Part shown: positions 40,970 through 53,430 of the stretch, piece by piece
How positions within the stretch are numbered: position 1 is the first letter of the stretch
How the letters are laid out: every line of letters begins with the position of its first letter
DNA from: Octopus sinensis
Taxonomy: Eukaryota
Assembly (NCBI RefSeq): GCF_006345805.1
Contig: NC_043019.1
Location: 24,675,360-24,739,359, forward strand
Length of the DNA: 64,000 nucleotides
Direction of reading: 5' to 3'
Notes under the pieces: model-generated
Seen by the model: the letters and a program-made list of their open reading frames with translations, nothing else
What the model was told of the DNA's origin: nothing
Database searches by the model: none
Made by a program: the position numbers and the translations under genes

Positions 40970-41266
40970 TCGCCCCCTTAAAAAAGGAGTCAGTGAAACA
41001 TTAATACGACAAGAGTTTGAAGTATCTTGCTCAGGGACGCAACTGCATGATATCACAAGCAGCAACAACAGCCACAAGAGCAGCAGCAGCAACTACAACG
41101 ACAACAACGAAGACGACAGCAATAGCAACAGCAACATCAGATATACGAAACTGCGATGCAGCAGTCATAAATCGAAATTTTCATTGGACCATTGCATTTT
41201 TTCACTCCATGTAAATACAATAACATTGACAAGAAACTAAACCTGCACTAGCTACAACAGTAGATT

Positions 41267-41301
<35 letters not shown>

Positions 41302-41347
41302 AATAATAATAATAATAATGATAATAATAATAATAATAATAATAATG

Positions 41348-41416
<69 letters not shown>

Positions 41417-41417
41417 G

Positions 41418-41812
41418 AGATCATGAAGAAAAAAAAAATGCTTTCTAATTGATGTATCAATACTAGCAGATGACAACGTGTCTCTAAAAGAAATGGAGAA
41501 ACTTTCAAAATACAAAGACCTGGAAATAGTGGTAACCAGAATGTGGAACCTAAAAAACAGAAACAATTCCTATCATAGTTGGTGCATTAGGCATGATAAA
41601 TAAATATTCAGACAAATACATAACAAAAACACCAGGACTTACAAACACATATAACATACAGAAAATTGCACTACTGGGCACTCCACACATCCTACGCAGA
41701 ACACTTTCCATACAATAACCATCAGAGCATCACAACAAATCATAGCACATACTCAAGGCACACAGGGCTGCGCTCGATAGTGAAGTGAAAGCACGCTATA
41801 AAAATAAAACTA

Positions 41813-41817
<5 letters not shown>
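41418..41817 (+). mobile_element. R4/Dong-like RLE LINE 3' end inside (TAA)n
   Basis: FLIDVSILADDNVSLKEMEKLSKYKDLEIVVTRMWNL...IPIIVGALG...KIALLGTPHILRRTL; TAA arrays on both sides. Confidence 0.85.
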
Positions 41818-41870
<53 letters not shown>

Positions 41871-42150
41871 TAATAATAATATAATAATAATAATAAATTC
41901 TTGTTTCATTGGCCACAAGGGCTAAAATAAATAAAAAAAAAACATGTGAGGACGAAGACAGGATGAAAGGTACAAAGGGTTTTACGAAAAAGAAAAGTCC
42001 ATGTAAACAGAAAACAGCAAAAAATGTAACAATTAGAAAGAACTCCCAATTGGGGGGGGGGGGAGGCGCTTCGAAAGGTTACTCGTGGAAAAACCCATAA
42101 ATGCCACGGGAGCCTGGTCAAAAAGAATAATAATAATAATAATAATAATA

Positions 42151-42181
<31 letters not shown>

Positions 42182-42184
<3 letters not shown>

Positions 42185-42304
42185 CATGAACTTCCAACCT
42201 GTTGTCTCTTGAGGTCTCTGGATGAGACTTGGAGCCAACTTGTACAAATATAAAGCAAAACTGAAACATATAATAATAACAATAATAATAATAATAATAA
42301 TATA

Positions 42305-42368
<64 letters not shown>

Positions 42369-42484
42369 CATGAACTTCCAACCTGTTGTCTCTTGAGGTC
42401 TCTGGATGAGACTTGGAGCCAACTTGTACAAATATAAAGCAAAACTGAAACATATAATAATAACAATAATAATAATAATAATAA

Positions 42485-42515
<31 letters not shown>

Positions 42516-42549
42516 AAGAAGAAGAATAATAATAATAATAATAATAATA

Positions 42550-42582
<33 letters not shown>

Positions 42583-42690
42583 CATGAACTTCCAACCTGT
42601 TGTCTCTTGAGGTCTCTGGATGAGACTTGGAGCCAACTTGTACAAGTATATAAAGCAAAACTCAAACATAGAATAATAATAATAATAATA

Positions 42691-42746
<56 letters not shown>

Positions 42747-42832
42747 CATGAACTTCCAACCTGTTGTCTCTTGAGGTCTCTGGATGAGACTTGGAGCCAA
42801 CTTGTACAAATATAAAGCAAAACTCAAACATA

Positions 42833-42833
<1 letters not shown>
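42182..42833 (+). repeat. Four about 89-bp units interspersed in a (TAA)n array
   Basis: aaacatgaacttccaacc...gcaaaact(g/c)aaacata at 42182, 42366, 42580 and 42744. Confidence 0.92.
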
Positions 42834-42885
<52 letters not shown>

Positions 42886-43147
42886 TAATAATAATAATCC
42901 TTTCTTTCTAATAAAAGTACAAAGCCTGAAATTTTGTGAGGGTGGGTGGGGATAAGGCCATCAGTTTTGAGGGTAGAGAGTAAGCCGATAACATTCAACT
43001 CCAGAACTCGACAAAAGGATGAAAGTCAAAACTGAAGTCGACGGAATTTCAACTTGGAATATAAAGAGACAGAACAATCACCGCAAAGCACTTTTGTCCA
43101 TTGCTCTTAAGATTTTGCCAATTTATCAACAACAATGACAACGTCAT

Positions 43148-43235
<88 letters not shown>

Positions 43236-43261
43236 AACGTCAACAACAATAATAATAACCC

Positions 43262-43471
43262 TTTTAGCTATAGGGACAAAGTCTGAAATTTGACGGGAGG
43301 CGACTAGTCGATTGCATCGACCCCAATGTTTCACTGGTACTTAATGTATCAACCCAGAAAGGGTGAAAAACAAAGTCGACCTTGACGGAATTTGAACATA
43401 GAACGTAGCGACGGGCAAAATACCGCTAAACATTTTGTCCGGTATGCTCACGATTCTGCCAGCTCGCCGCC

Positions 43472-43561
<90 letters not shown>

Positions 43562-43767
43562 GCTTCAAATTTGGCCAGAAGGGCAGCAGTTTTTTTTGGG
43601 GGGGGGTCGATTACATCGACCCAAGTACTCAACTGGTACTTATTGTATCGACTGCGAAATGATGAAAGGCAAAGTCGACCTCAGAAAATTTGAATTCAGA
43701 ACGTAAAGACAGACGAAATGCTGCTAAGTATCTTGCCTGGCGTGCTAACCATTCTGCCAGCTCGTCG
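43262..43767 (-). mobile_element. Two diverged family-B-related SINE copies separated by (TAA)n
   Basis: Both carry aaagtcgacct...gaatttgaa...ctgccagctcg. Confidence 0.7.
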
Positions 43768-43842
43768 CCATACCACTAGCACTAATAATAATAATAATAA
43801 TAATAATAATATAATAATAATATAATAATAATAATATAATAA

Positions 43843-44767
43843 CTAGCAGTATCGCCCGGCGTTGCTCGGGTTTCTTTCGACCCTTTAGAATTGGAATTTT
43901 TGAAAAGTAAAAATTTTGCATTATGTAGCTTGTTATTCTCTTTAAGTGAACATTTTTCTGGTTGAAATACACCGAAAAATGGTGACGCAGCAGTCAAAAA
44001 ATCGTAAAAAATAGGGGTTTTCATAGGAAAAAAAGCACCTTTTTGATGTAAATAATTTTTGGTCCTAACATGGTCCGATTTGAATTTTATTTTCTACGGA
44101 TTGAAGAGCAAGCCTTCATCTATCATACTCTCAGTTTTGGTCAACTTGCGCTGCAGGGTCTCGGAAGAGATTGTGTTAGTTGAAGCCTACCAAACCTGCC
44201 ACACATAGACAACTTCAGCTTTATATATATAGATTAAGAGCATTTCCCATTCTATTTTTGAGGCGATTCGGTCTGCAAAATATTTCTCTCATTTTGAGCT
44301 ATTTTTTGACACCATTTTCAACTGAGAACTCCTTAAAAAGGCACACTCAGAACTGCTAGAATTTGCATTTTTCAAGCTAGAGAATTCAAACTTGCTCCAA
44401 TCGATTCAGGAAATTTTTCTACGTATATGCTCATATTTTCTTTTTCGAAAAACTCAAAAATTGAACGTGTTTTCGCTCCATTTTTCCGTTGCATTCGTGC
44501 AAACACGCGCACAGTCACGCGTAGAGTCCAACATGTTGCGTGAACACAACTCAAGGCAATAGTGTACAACATCCACTCACAAGCAAAAAAATGCATTGTT
44601 TCGGGCCTTTGTTATCGAAATAGAGACTTGAAACCTACTCTGGCCATAACTACTCCACGCCTTTTATAGGTGTGAAAAATTTCAGCTTGATCCTAGCACG
44701 TCAAGTGCCATTGAATCCTTACCAAAGCCAAAGTGTGCAAGTTTTTTTCCTCTTTTATATAGGTAGA
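43843..44767 (-). mobile_element. Composite non-autonomous Helitron with one 3' end and two 5'-like ends
   Basis: 3' hairpin and CTAG at 43843 matching 39386; 5'-like termini TCTATATATATAAAG at 44233 and TCTACCTATATAAAAG at 44767. Confidence 0.68.
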
Positions 44768-44814
44768 TAATAATAATGGTAATAATGATAATAATAATAA
44801 TAATAATAATAATA

Positions 44815-44861
<47 letters not shown>

Positions 44862-45027
44862 GTTTCAAATTTTGCCACAAGGGTATTTATTTTGGGTGGG
44901 GGGAAGAGTCGATTACATCGACCCCAGTGTTCAACTGGTACTTATTTTATCGACCCCGGAAGGATGAAAGACAAAGGCGACCTCGGCAGAATTTGAGCTC
45001 AAAACGTAATATATATAATAAATTAGG

Positions 45028-45216
45028 GTATCTGAGAGATACCACCACGCTGAAATAGCAGCCAAAACCTGACCCTAAAGCCACATTAAATGTTCATATA
45101 GTACTGCTAGTTTATTTTGTGTCTCTGTCTACTCTCCTAGTGCTATATGAACATTTAATGTGGCTTTAGGGTCAGGTTTTGGCTGCTATTTCAGCGTGGT
45201 GGTATCTCTCAGATAC
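45028..45216. repeat. 78-bp inverted repeat with a 33-bp spacer
   Basis: 45028-45105 against 45139-45216, one mismatch seen. Confidence 0.92.
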
Positions 45217-46104
45217 ACCAATTTATAATTTTAAATAATTATTACCTTTGTAAAGTTTTTTTATTCCCATGCTGGCCACTTGATAAAATTGTGCCTTGTG
45301 TAAACACATGCGCGCCATACACAGACACACATACGTACACGCATACATACATTACCCTGGGTGTAACGATATATTGTCGAAAATGAACGATGCTTTCATC
45401 TCGTCATCTGAAAGTTTGATAGCGATCTGATCATTCTAAACTGCAGGAATGATACGCAGGAAGAAAACAAACAATCATAAAAAAATGCAGGTTGAACCAC
45501 TTTTCTTAGAATAAAGCAGCGGTAGGGGAGGACATAATCTCTTTTAAAGCTCTCAAACACAATGACTTTCCAAACACTTTAAAAGAGCTTTAACGTCTGT
45601 GTCCATGCCAGTACATCACAATAAAATGTTTCTTCTTTAATTCATGACCATGTGTGAATGTTTCGTTCTTAAAAGCCTGAGCCTTCCATAATAGTCACCC
45701 CTAATGCAACCCATTATCACCCCCGTTACACTCTTCCGGAATTAGGAGCTTTTCATACATAACGCACTGCACCTCTTCCTGATTGGCTGAATTTCCCCGG
45801 TGGGTGTTCTGCCTTCTGAAACGTGGGTAATTTTCTTACTCCTTCCATAATATCTAAGTTACCTTAAATGCCCGGCATGAACTCCGAAATATTGGATCTC
45901 CATATATTTGGCTTCCTTGGCAGCTGATCTTTGGATGTCTGCGCAAGAAATGAGGCGAAATGTAGACGAGACGAGAAGCGAAGAGAGGAAGGAATTAATG
46001 ATATCGAATGGCAGGCGAACGAAGAGGTGAATTAGAAGGAAATGAATGGGGATAAAACCCACTGTGAGCCTACTTCCTTAATATTTCCTTCCACCAACAA
46101 ATAA

Positions 46105-46306
46105 CCCTTTCTACTAGAGACACAAGGTCTGAAGTTTGTGGGGAGGAGGAGAGTCGATTACATCGACCCCAGTGCGTAACTGGTACTTATTTCATCGACC
46201 CCCAGAGGATGAAAGATAAAGACGACCTGGGCAAAATTTGAACTCGGAACGTAAGGACGGACGAAATGCCGCTAAGCGTGCTAACGATTCTGCCAGCTCG
46301 CCGCCT
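46105..46306 (-). mobile_element. Family-B-related SINE with TSD
   Basis: Flanked by ttccaccaacaa(a/g)taa on both sides. Confidence 0.75.
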
Positions 46307-46618
46307 TTCCACCAACAAGTAATTATTTTACTAGTTGCATCAACATTATATTTCAAAGAAAATGCATTCAGTTAATGCTCAGTCTTGCTACAAGGTTGAT
46401 AGTCACTTGATCGCTGGATACCAACGGAGGATTGCAGAGCAATACAAGAAGTGATGCGGGACATGTGTTGATTATTCTCACAGTTACGTGCTATGTAACC
46501 TTGCTGAAACAACTGGTCAGGCATAGAGACATAGGAACTTTGGGCTGTTTCGACCTGGATAAATTGTGTGTGTGTGTGTGTATGTGTGTGTGTGTGCGTG
46601 CGTGCGTGCGTGTGTGTC

Positions 46619-46669
<51 letters not shown>

Positions 46670-47214
46670 GTAGGTAGATAGATAGATTGGTAGGTAGGTA
46701 AGTAGGTAGGTAGGTAGGTAGGTAGGTAGGTAGGTAGGTAACTAGGTAGATAAGTCCTGGTGCTACCTGTTTATTGGAATACGGTTAGACTACTTCAAAG
46801 AAAGAATATATATATATATATATATTTTTCCTGAGCGCCTAATAATAATAATACTGTAATTGTTCCACGTGTTGTTGTTTTTTCTGTTTTCCCGTTTGGA
46901 TTAACCCTATATATATATATATGCCGCCACGCATCGATTCCCAAGTAAGTTTTATCTTTATTTATATATATATATATACATACATATGTGTGTGTGTTTG
47001 AACCTTTTAAATTTGTTTATTTGAGACTTTTGAATATGCAAATAAAGCTTCTATTTCGTTATGCCGGCCACAGTCTAATGATGCTGACAAGAGACCCAGT
47101 TTCGGGATGTTGCATCGAGTTGTACCGATATAACGTAGGATAAATGTTATGATAATAATAACAATAATCTTAGGATGGAATTTATAAACATTTTAATGCT
47201 TGTATGTGTATATA

Positions 47215-48656
47215 CACGAGGGAGTACCCAAAAGTAACTGGAAACGTTCTCTGTGGGACCAACCCCGTAGTAGTCCAGGCTTCCGCCGTTAGGAGCCACT
47301 TGATGCGACCCTCAGACATCAGTCTGTCGACCGGCGTCATCGGGTGAAGTCGTACTACCTATTTCTTTATTACCCACAAGGGGCTAAACACAGAGGGGAC
47401 AAACAAGGACAGACATAGGTATTAAAGTCGATTACATCGACCCCAGTGCGTAACTGGTACTTAATTTATCGACCCCGAAAGGATGAACGGCAAAGTCGAC
47501 CTCGGCGGAATTTGAACTCACAACGTAACGCAGACGAAATACCTATTTCTTTACTACCCACAAGGGGCTAAACACAGAGAGGACAAACAAGAACAAACAT
47601 AGGTATTAAGTCGATTACATCGACCCCAGTGCGTAACTGGTACTTAATTTATCGACCCCGAAAGGATGAAAGGCAAAGTCGACCTCGGCGGAATTTAAAC
47701 TCACAACGTAACGCAGACGAAATACCTATTTCTTTACTACCCACAAGGGGCTAAACACAGAGAGGACAAACAAGAACAGACATAGGTATTAAGTCGATTA
47801 CATCGACCCCAGTGCGTAACTGGTACTTAATTTATCGACCCCGAAAGGATGAAAGGCAAAGTCGACCTCGGCGGAATTTGAACTCACAACGTAACGCAGA
47901 CTAACGTTTCTGCCAGCTCGCCGCCTTTCGTACTACCACGTGGTGCGTCCTTGATTTGCAGTGCTTCTCTCTTCTTTGTCGATTTTTGCGATGACTGAAA
48001 CAGCGGCCGAAACAGTTGCCATGCTTCAAACAGTAAACAGGGGCACTTCCATGAGCATAAGACAAGTTTACGAGTGTTTTTTATGCTTTAGGAATGGTCA
48101 CTTGTCGCTTGACGACCAACCTCGTTCAAGGGTTCCGTCGACCTCCCAAACGAATAAAAACATCATGAAAATTCATGAGCTGATCATGGGGGGACAGTCA
48201 CAGAACAATTGACGGACTTGTTGATATGACTGGTGTGTCTTGGAGCTCCTGCCAACGAATTATGTGGGAGGAATAGCGAATGAAACGAGTTGAGGCAAAA
48301 TTTGTGCCTCACTTGCTCACGGAAGATCAAAAGCAGTCACGACTGAATGCGTGTCGTGAACTGAAACAACAGTTGGAAACTGATCCGGACCTTTTTTCGA
48401 AGATCATCACTGGTGACGAAAGCTGGTGCTACGAAATTTTCAGATGTGGAAGAAGTGAAGAAAAAACGACGGAGGTGTTTAAAAGGCATCACTTTACAAG
48501 AGTTCCAGCACTGCTTCGAACTGTGGAAAAAGCGTCTGGACTGATGCATGGCTTCAAATGAAGAATACTTCGAAGGCGATAAAAGTGTAAACATGTAAAA
48601 CTAAGAGAATAAAATAACATTGCAAAATTCCGGTTACTCTTGGGTATCCCCTCGTG
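47215..48656 (+). mobile_element. Mariner transposon, internally deleted, with a nested SINE trimer
   Basis: TIRs cacgagggagtacccaaaagtaac and gttactcttgggtatcccctcgtg. Remnants DDQPRSRVPST, AKFVPHLLTEDQK and IITGDESWCY, joined directly to the C-terminal helix region. Confidence 0.88.
47360..47927 (-). mobile_element. SINE family B, tandem trimer with a 10-bp TSD
   Basis: Three about 182-bp units; tcgtactacc at 47350-59 and 47928-37. Confidence 0.92.
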
Positions 48657-48972
48657 TGTGTGTGTGTGTACACAAATGAACCAATTTCAAGACTTTATTC
48701 CAGTTGAAATTGCTGTATTTCATCTGTGCAATTCTCAATAAATTCAAAGATGTAGAAATGTCCCGTTTGCTTTCTCCTGCTACAAAAATGTTGGAATTTA
48801 GTTGAAAGGAGGAAACCCTGTTTTTGTGGGCATAAAAACAACGAACGTTGAACAAAGAAATCAATATTGATTAATATTGGTTATGTCTTTGTTGATAGTG
48901 ACTTCGACGTTTCGCATGGTAATGTGGTTAAGAAGTTTGCTTTGCAACTTCACGTTCTGTGTGTATGTGTTT

Positions 48973-49037
<65 letters not shown>

Positions 49038-50591
49038 TGTGTGTGCGTTTGCGTGTGAGAGAGTATAACGAAATTCACAGCATATATATAAAATAATATT
49101 CTGTTGTGTCTGGGGAGAGTCATTCTCTTTTAGTACCTTATTATTTAACACACTCAAAAGAGAATGACTCTCCCCAGACACAACAGAATATGCTTCAACA
49201 CACGAACTCATATAAAGAATCTTGCAAACCAAATCCAAAAACGAAATATAAAATAATACTTACGAGTAAAATTAAAGCGAGGAAATTTGATGTTCGCATC
49301 GTGATCGACTTTAGTTATAAATTCTGTGTGTGTGTGTGTGTGTGTGTGAAGGAAATACACAACTGTGTAGAACAATCCAGGGAGAAAAGTGATACAACCA
49401 AGTAGATCAATATAATAAAATTGATTCCAAACTGAAACTTGAAACGTTGTTATTCTAATTTTTCCCGTCTCGACGAAATTCTTGCAGCAAAAGAAATGAG
49501 TCGAGTGGTTTTATACTTCTGCTTGAAATAGAAGCTTTGAATAACTTTCATAAAAGAAAGCCTTTTGATTTTGGTTGTAGGCTATTTATATAAGTCAAAT
49601 CTAGCTCTCAGATGCTGGACACTTTGGATTTCGATTTTGAGCAACAAAAGCATCGGAAGAGAGATGTAAATAAAATACAACTTTTGGTACTTTTGGACCA
49701 TATATTAATATGGCACCAATTGTATGGTACGTGGTTGTTTGACGTTCAACCAATATGCATTCTACAATATTTCAACATTTGCTTTGATTTCTGACAGCAA
49801 AATGAAATTAACTATAAACGGATGTTTTTGATAGAATTCTTATTAAACAAATTATTCATCTTCTCTGAGCTGTGAACTCTCACAGTCATCTTTACACTTT
49901 ATTGTTATAAGGTTTGGCATCTAATAATTTGATAATTTCTGGTATTGCTAGTTCTTCAAGCTCAGATGTTCAAAGATTTTTTCAATATTAACAACGGATG
50001 AAAGTAAGAGAGTCACTATAATAACATTAGAAATACTTATAAAACTAATTAATTGTATTACAGTCAATTGTATGGATTTATATGCTGAGGGAAAAGCTAC
50101 CCAATTAGAATTCGATAACTGGATTGAATGTCCAACTTTACGAAGGCCTTATATTACATTTATATTTAAGGACCGACTCTTATTATAAATGATCACTCTT
50201 GCAGATAAAATAATCCCATCGAAAGTGAGTTAGCTTCTATTATTCTCAGAATTGCTGATCAACCTATTTATTTAGCATTTTATCAAATAAATTTGCTTTC
50301 CGTTATCCTTTATATTAAGAAAATAGACTGAGTGTTACATGAAACACAAATTATCAAAAGTCGGAGAGATTCAGAAAATATCTGAACTATTCAAAGACAT
50401 ACACCAAATAATTACTGCTCTATACTTAAATATAGCTGCTTTTCTTAAATTGTGTTACATTTATAAACAAAGAAATAATCACCATTTAGGAAACTGAACG
50501 GAAACCTACAGTATTAAATATCGCTTTAGACCACTCATATATTGCTATAAGTAACTTAGTAAAAAATATTATTATCCAGCACTTCATCTTA

Positions 50592-50676
<85 letters not shown>

Positions 50677-50699
50677 TATAGTATAGATATATATATATA

Positions 50700-50890
50700 T
50701 AGTTAATCCAAACATGAAAACACAAAGAGAAAACACAACAACGCGAGGACCTGGAACAAATATAGTATTATTGGACGCTCAGGAAGGAAGGGAAGAAGGA
50801 GGGTTTAACGTTTCGAGCGGAGCTCTTCGTCGGAAACATAGGAGAAGGGAAGACAGGAAAAAATCGCCAACGGTACACACGCGGTCATAT
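50700..50890 (-). mobile_element. Penelope-type terminal-repeat fragment between (TA)n tracts
   Basis: Contains a hammerhead-like fold; a related partial copy lies at about 46825-46910. Confidence 0.6.
50803..50837 (-). ncRNA. Candidate minimal hammerhead ribozyme, U4C variant
   Basis: Minus strand GUUU CCGACGA A GAGC UCC GCUC GAAA CGU U AAAC. Confidence 0.55.
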
Positions 50891-50891
50891 T

Positions 50892-50946
<55 letters not shown>

Positions 50947-50947
<1 letters not shown>

Positions 50948-51904
50948 TAGCAGCATAGCCCGGCATTGCCCGGGTATGTAAGAGCCCCTAGTAGGCAACG
51001 TCTAATCCCATTCTAGTCCTTTTCCTCTAGGGAAGGAAGGCGCATGTGTAGGTTGCAATATCTTCTCTTCACTCGAATACTTCTGTGTATACGATGTTCC
51101 TAGCTGTCCCTTTGGACGAAAACATGAAAATATCATTGCGCCTCCCAACGCGTGAACAGCCCACATAGAGTTGACCGTGGGCAAAGCACTGTTCGCCCAA
51201 CTGTAACTCAGCGACTTGTAGCGTTTGGCCTTGGGATTTATTGATGGACATTGCGAAGTAGAGTTTAACAGGAAACTGAGAACGCCTGAAGTGGATTGGT
51301 AGGGCAGCGCCCGACGGTTGAAGGTGCATGCGTGGAATGAAGACGTACTCTCCCTTCCCACAACCGGTAAGTATTGTGGCCGTTATTAAATGTGGTGGCA
51401 AATGTTTCACAACCAGACGTGTGCCGTTGTATTGTTTAGGTGGAACCAAATTCCTTATGAGCATAATGGGCGCACCGACTTTTAACTTCAGGATGTGTGG
51501 CGGCAGGCCTGGTGGTTCAAGTGAATTCAGGAATTCAACAGGATAATCGGCAAGCTCGGCGGGGTCTGCTGTCCTATCAATAGATTTGTAGACATGGACA
51601 TCACCAGGAATAGCTTCAAGTAGCTGGATATTGATGGAGTTGAGAGTTAAAAAGCTCGAGTTGCGTCCCCTAGACAGTCTGTGGTTTGTGTTTCTGATTC
51701 TCGACCCCATGTCGAATTTATCAATTTTCTTCAGAACTGGGGGAATTTTTCAAAACTTTTGCCGCATTAGTTTTGAATTATGACATTGGGCTATGTGTGT
51801 GTCAAGTTTCATCAGAATCGGTTGAAAGCCTTGGTCAGGGTGAGGGTACAACCTGACAGACACACAGACACACAGACAGACAAACTGCCGTTTATATAGA
51901 GAGA
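50947..51904 (-). mobile_element. Helitron deletion derivative carrying the C-terminus of a PIF1-like helicase
   Basis: Open frame 51069-51660: YPVEFLNSLEPPGLPPHILKLKVGAPIMLIRNL...QFPVKLYFAMSINKSQGQT...HGQLYVGCSRV. 3' hairpin and CTAG at 50947; 5' arm shared with 39529-39780. Confidence 0.9.
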
Positions 51905-52505
51905 TATATATCTTCAAAACAGCAGTTCCTTATTCTAATGAAACACGATGTTAAGAATAAAATTACAATACTATTCTTTGGCGGGAAAACAGAAAACTTA
52001 AACTTAACTGGTTTACCACTCCGATCATAACAGTGTGACGAGAAGTTAGTTATTTCGAATTAATGAAAATTAATCTTAAGTATAAGAAAGCTCACTCTGT
52101 TTAACTCGGCCAAACATTAAATGGAGATGAGGAGTGAATCTGATCTTTGATAGCCGCAAGCAAGACTCGGTCTCATTAGAACTCTTAAGCGAGGTTAAGT
52201 GAACACAAAGAGTATGTAGCTTTCTTGTAATGGGTCGGTGTTTAACTGATCTGGTTAAACAACTCCATGTGGTTAAATTTGGAGGCCGAATCTACTCAAA
52301 ATAGTATCTATTTATCTTACTTCACATGTATATGTATGTGTGTATATATCTGTATACATACATACATACATGGATATATATATATATATATATATATGAA
52401 TAAAAAAGGGAGTTAACGCAGGTTTAAACAAGTATTTTTGCCCTGGTAATTATTCATTTATTTATCCGTGTTAATTGTTAACAAGGTAAAATACACTCAT
52501 CTATT

Positions 52506-52606
<101 letters not shown>

Positions 52607-52772
52607 TATATTAAATTAGAGACAGAACCACTATTAGGCAAATCTAAATCTGATTTTTCCCTGTAAGTTTGGATTTATTCCCTAATATTTATTATATATA
52701 TACCTACCCACACTCACCTGTGGGTGAGTGTATATGTGTGTGTGTTTGTATGTATGTATGTATGCATGTATG

Positions 52773-52804
<32 letters not shown>

Positions 52805-53430
52805 TGTATGTATGTATGTATGTAGTATGTATGTATGTATGCATGCATGTATGTATGTATGTACGTACGTACCTACGTATGTATGTATATGAACATCACA
52901 GCAATAGCCAAGTACTCGAAGTTTTTGAAAACGTCAGTTGCAATTTGCGATATTCGATAAAAACTTAGAGAAATGCCAGCTTTATTCCACCAGTAGCAGT
53001 AGAAGATGCTAAATGTGTCTGGTCGAAAAGAGACTGATTGTAAAGAAGCTTACACCCTGACTACATTAGAGATTTTTACACCTTGCTCCCATGAAAGTCA
53101 GTACAACCTTCGACACTGCTCTAAACCATTGTAGGAGAATCCGCGCTATTTCTCTATCTATTCTGATTGCTTCTTGCAGTTTGCATTCCTTCACTTCTCA
53201 TTCTTTTTGCGTCAGTCGGTCAATGAAATTGCCTCCTCCTCATTACAAGGAGCAAAATATGAGACTCAAAAGCCTCCTCCCTCAGTCGCAACTGTCAACG
53301 ACAAAAAGATTCATCCACAACAGCTGCCATTATACTACCCCTCATATCCGCATAAATCCATCTACTTTATGAGAATGCAGATCAAATGGAGGCCAAAGGG
53401 AGAAAAACAGACCTCTTCAGGAAAAAGCCC

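Noticed and set aside
42182-42833. Repeat-spacer appearance resembling a CRISPR array
   Set aside because: The context is eukaryotic, the repeats are 89 bp, the spacers are TAA microsatellites and there are no cas genes.
48900-48945. Minus-strand GCGAAACGUCGAAG with a possible short stem I
   Set aside because: The core does not match CUGANGA or a compensatory form, and the region looks like a decayed SINE head.
49800-50450. AT-rich unique stretch with short peptide-like frames (LYAEGKATQLEFDNWIECP)
   Set aside because: There is no recognisable domain and stops are frequent; it cannot be supported without tBLASTx.
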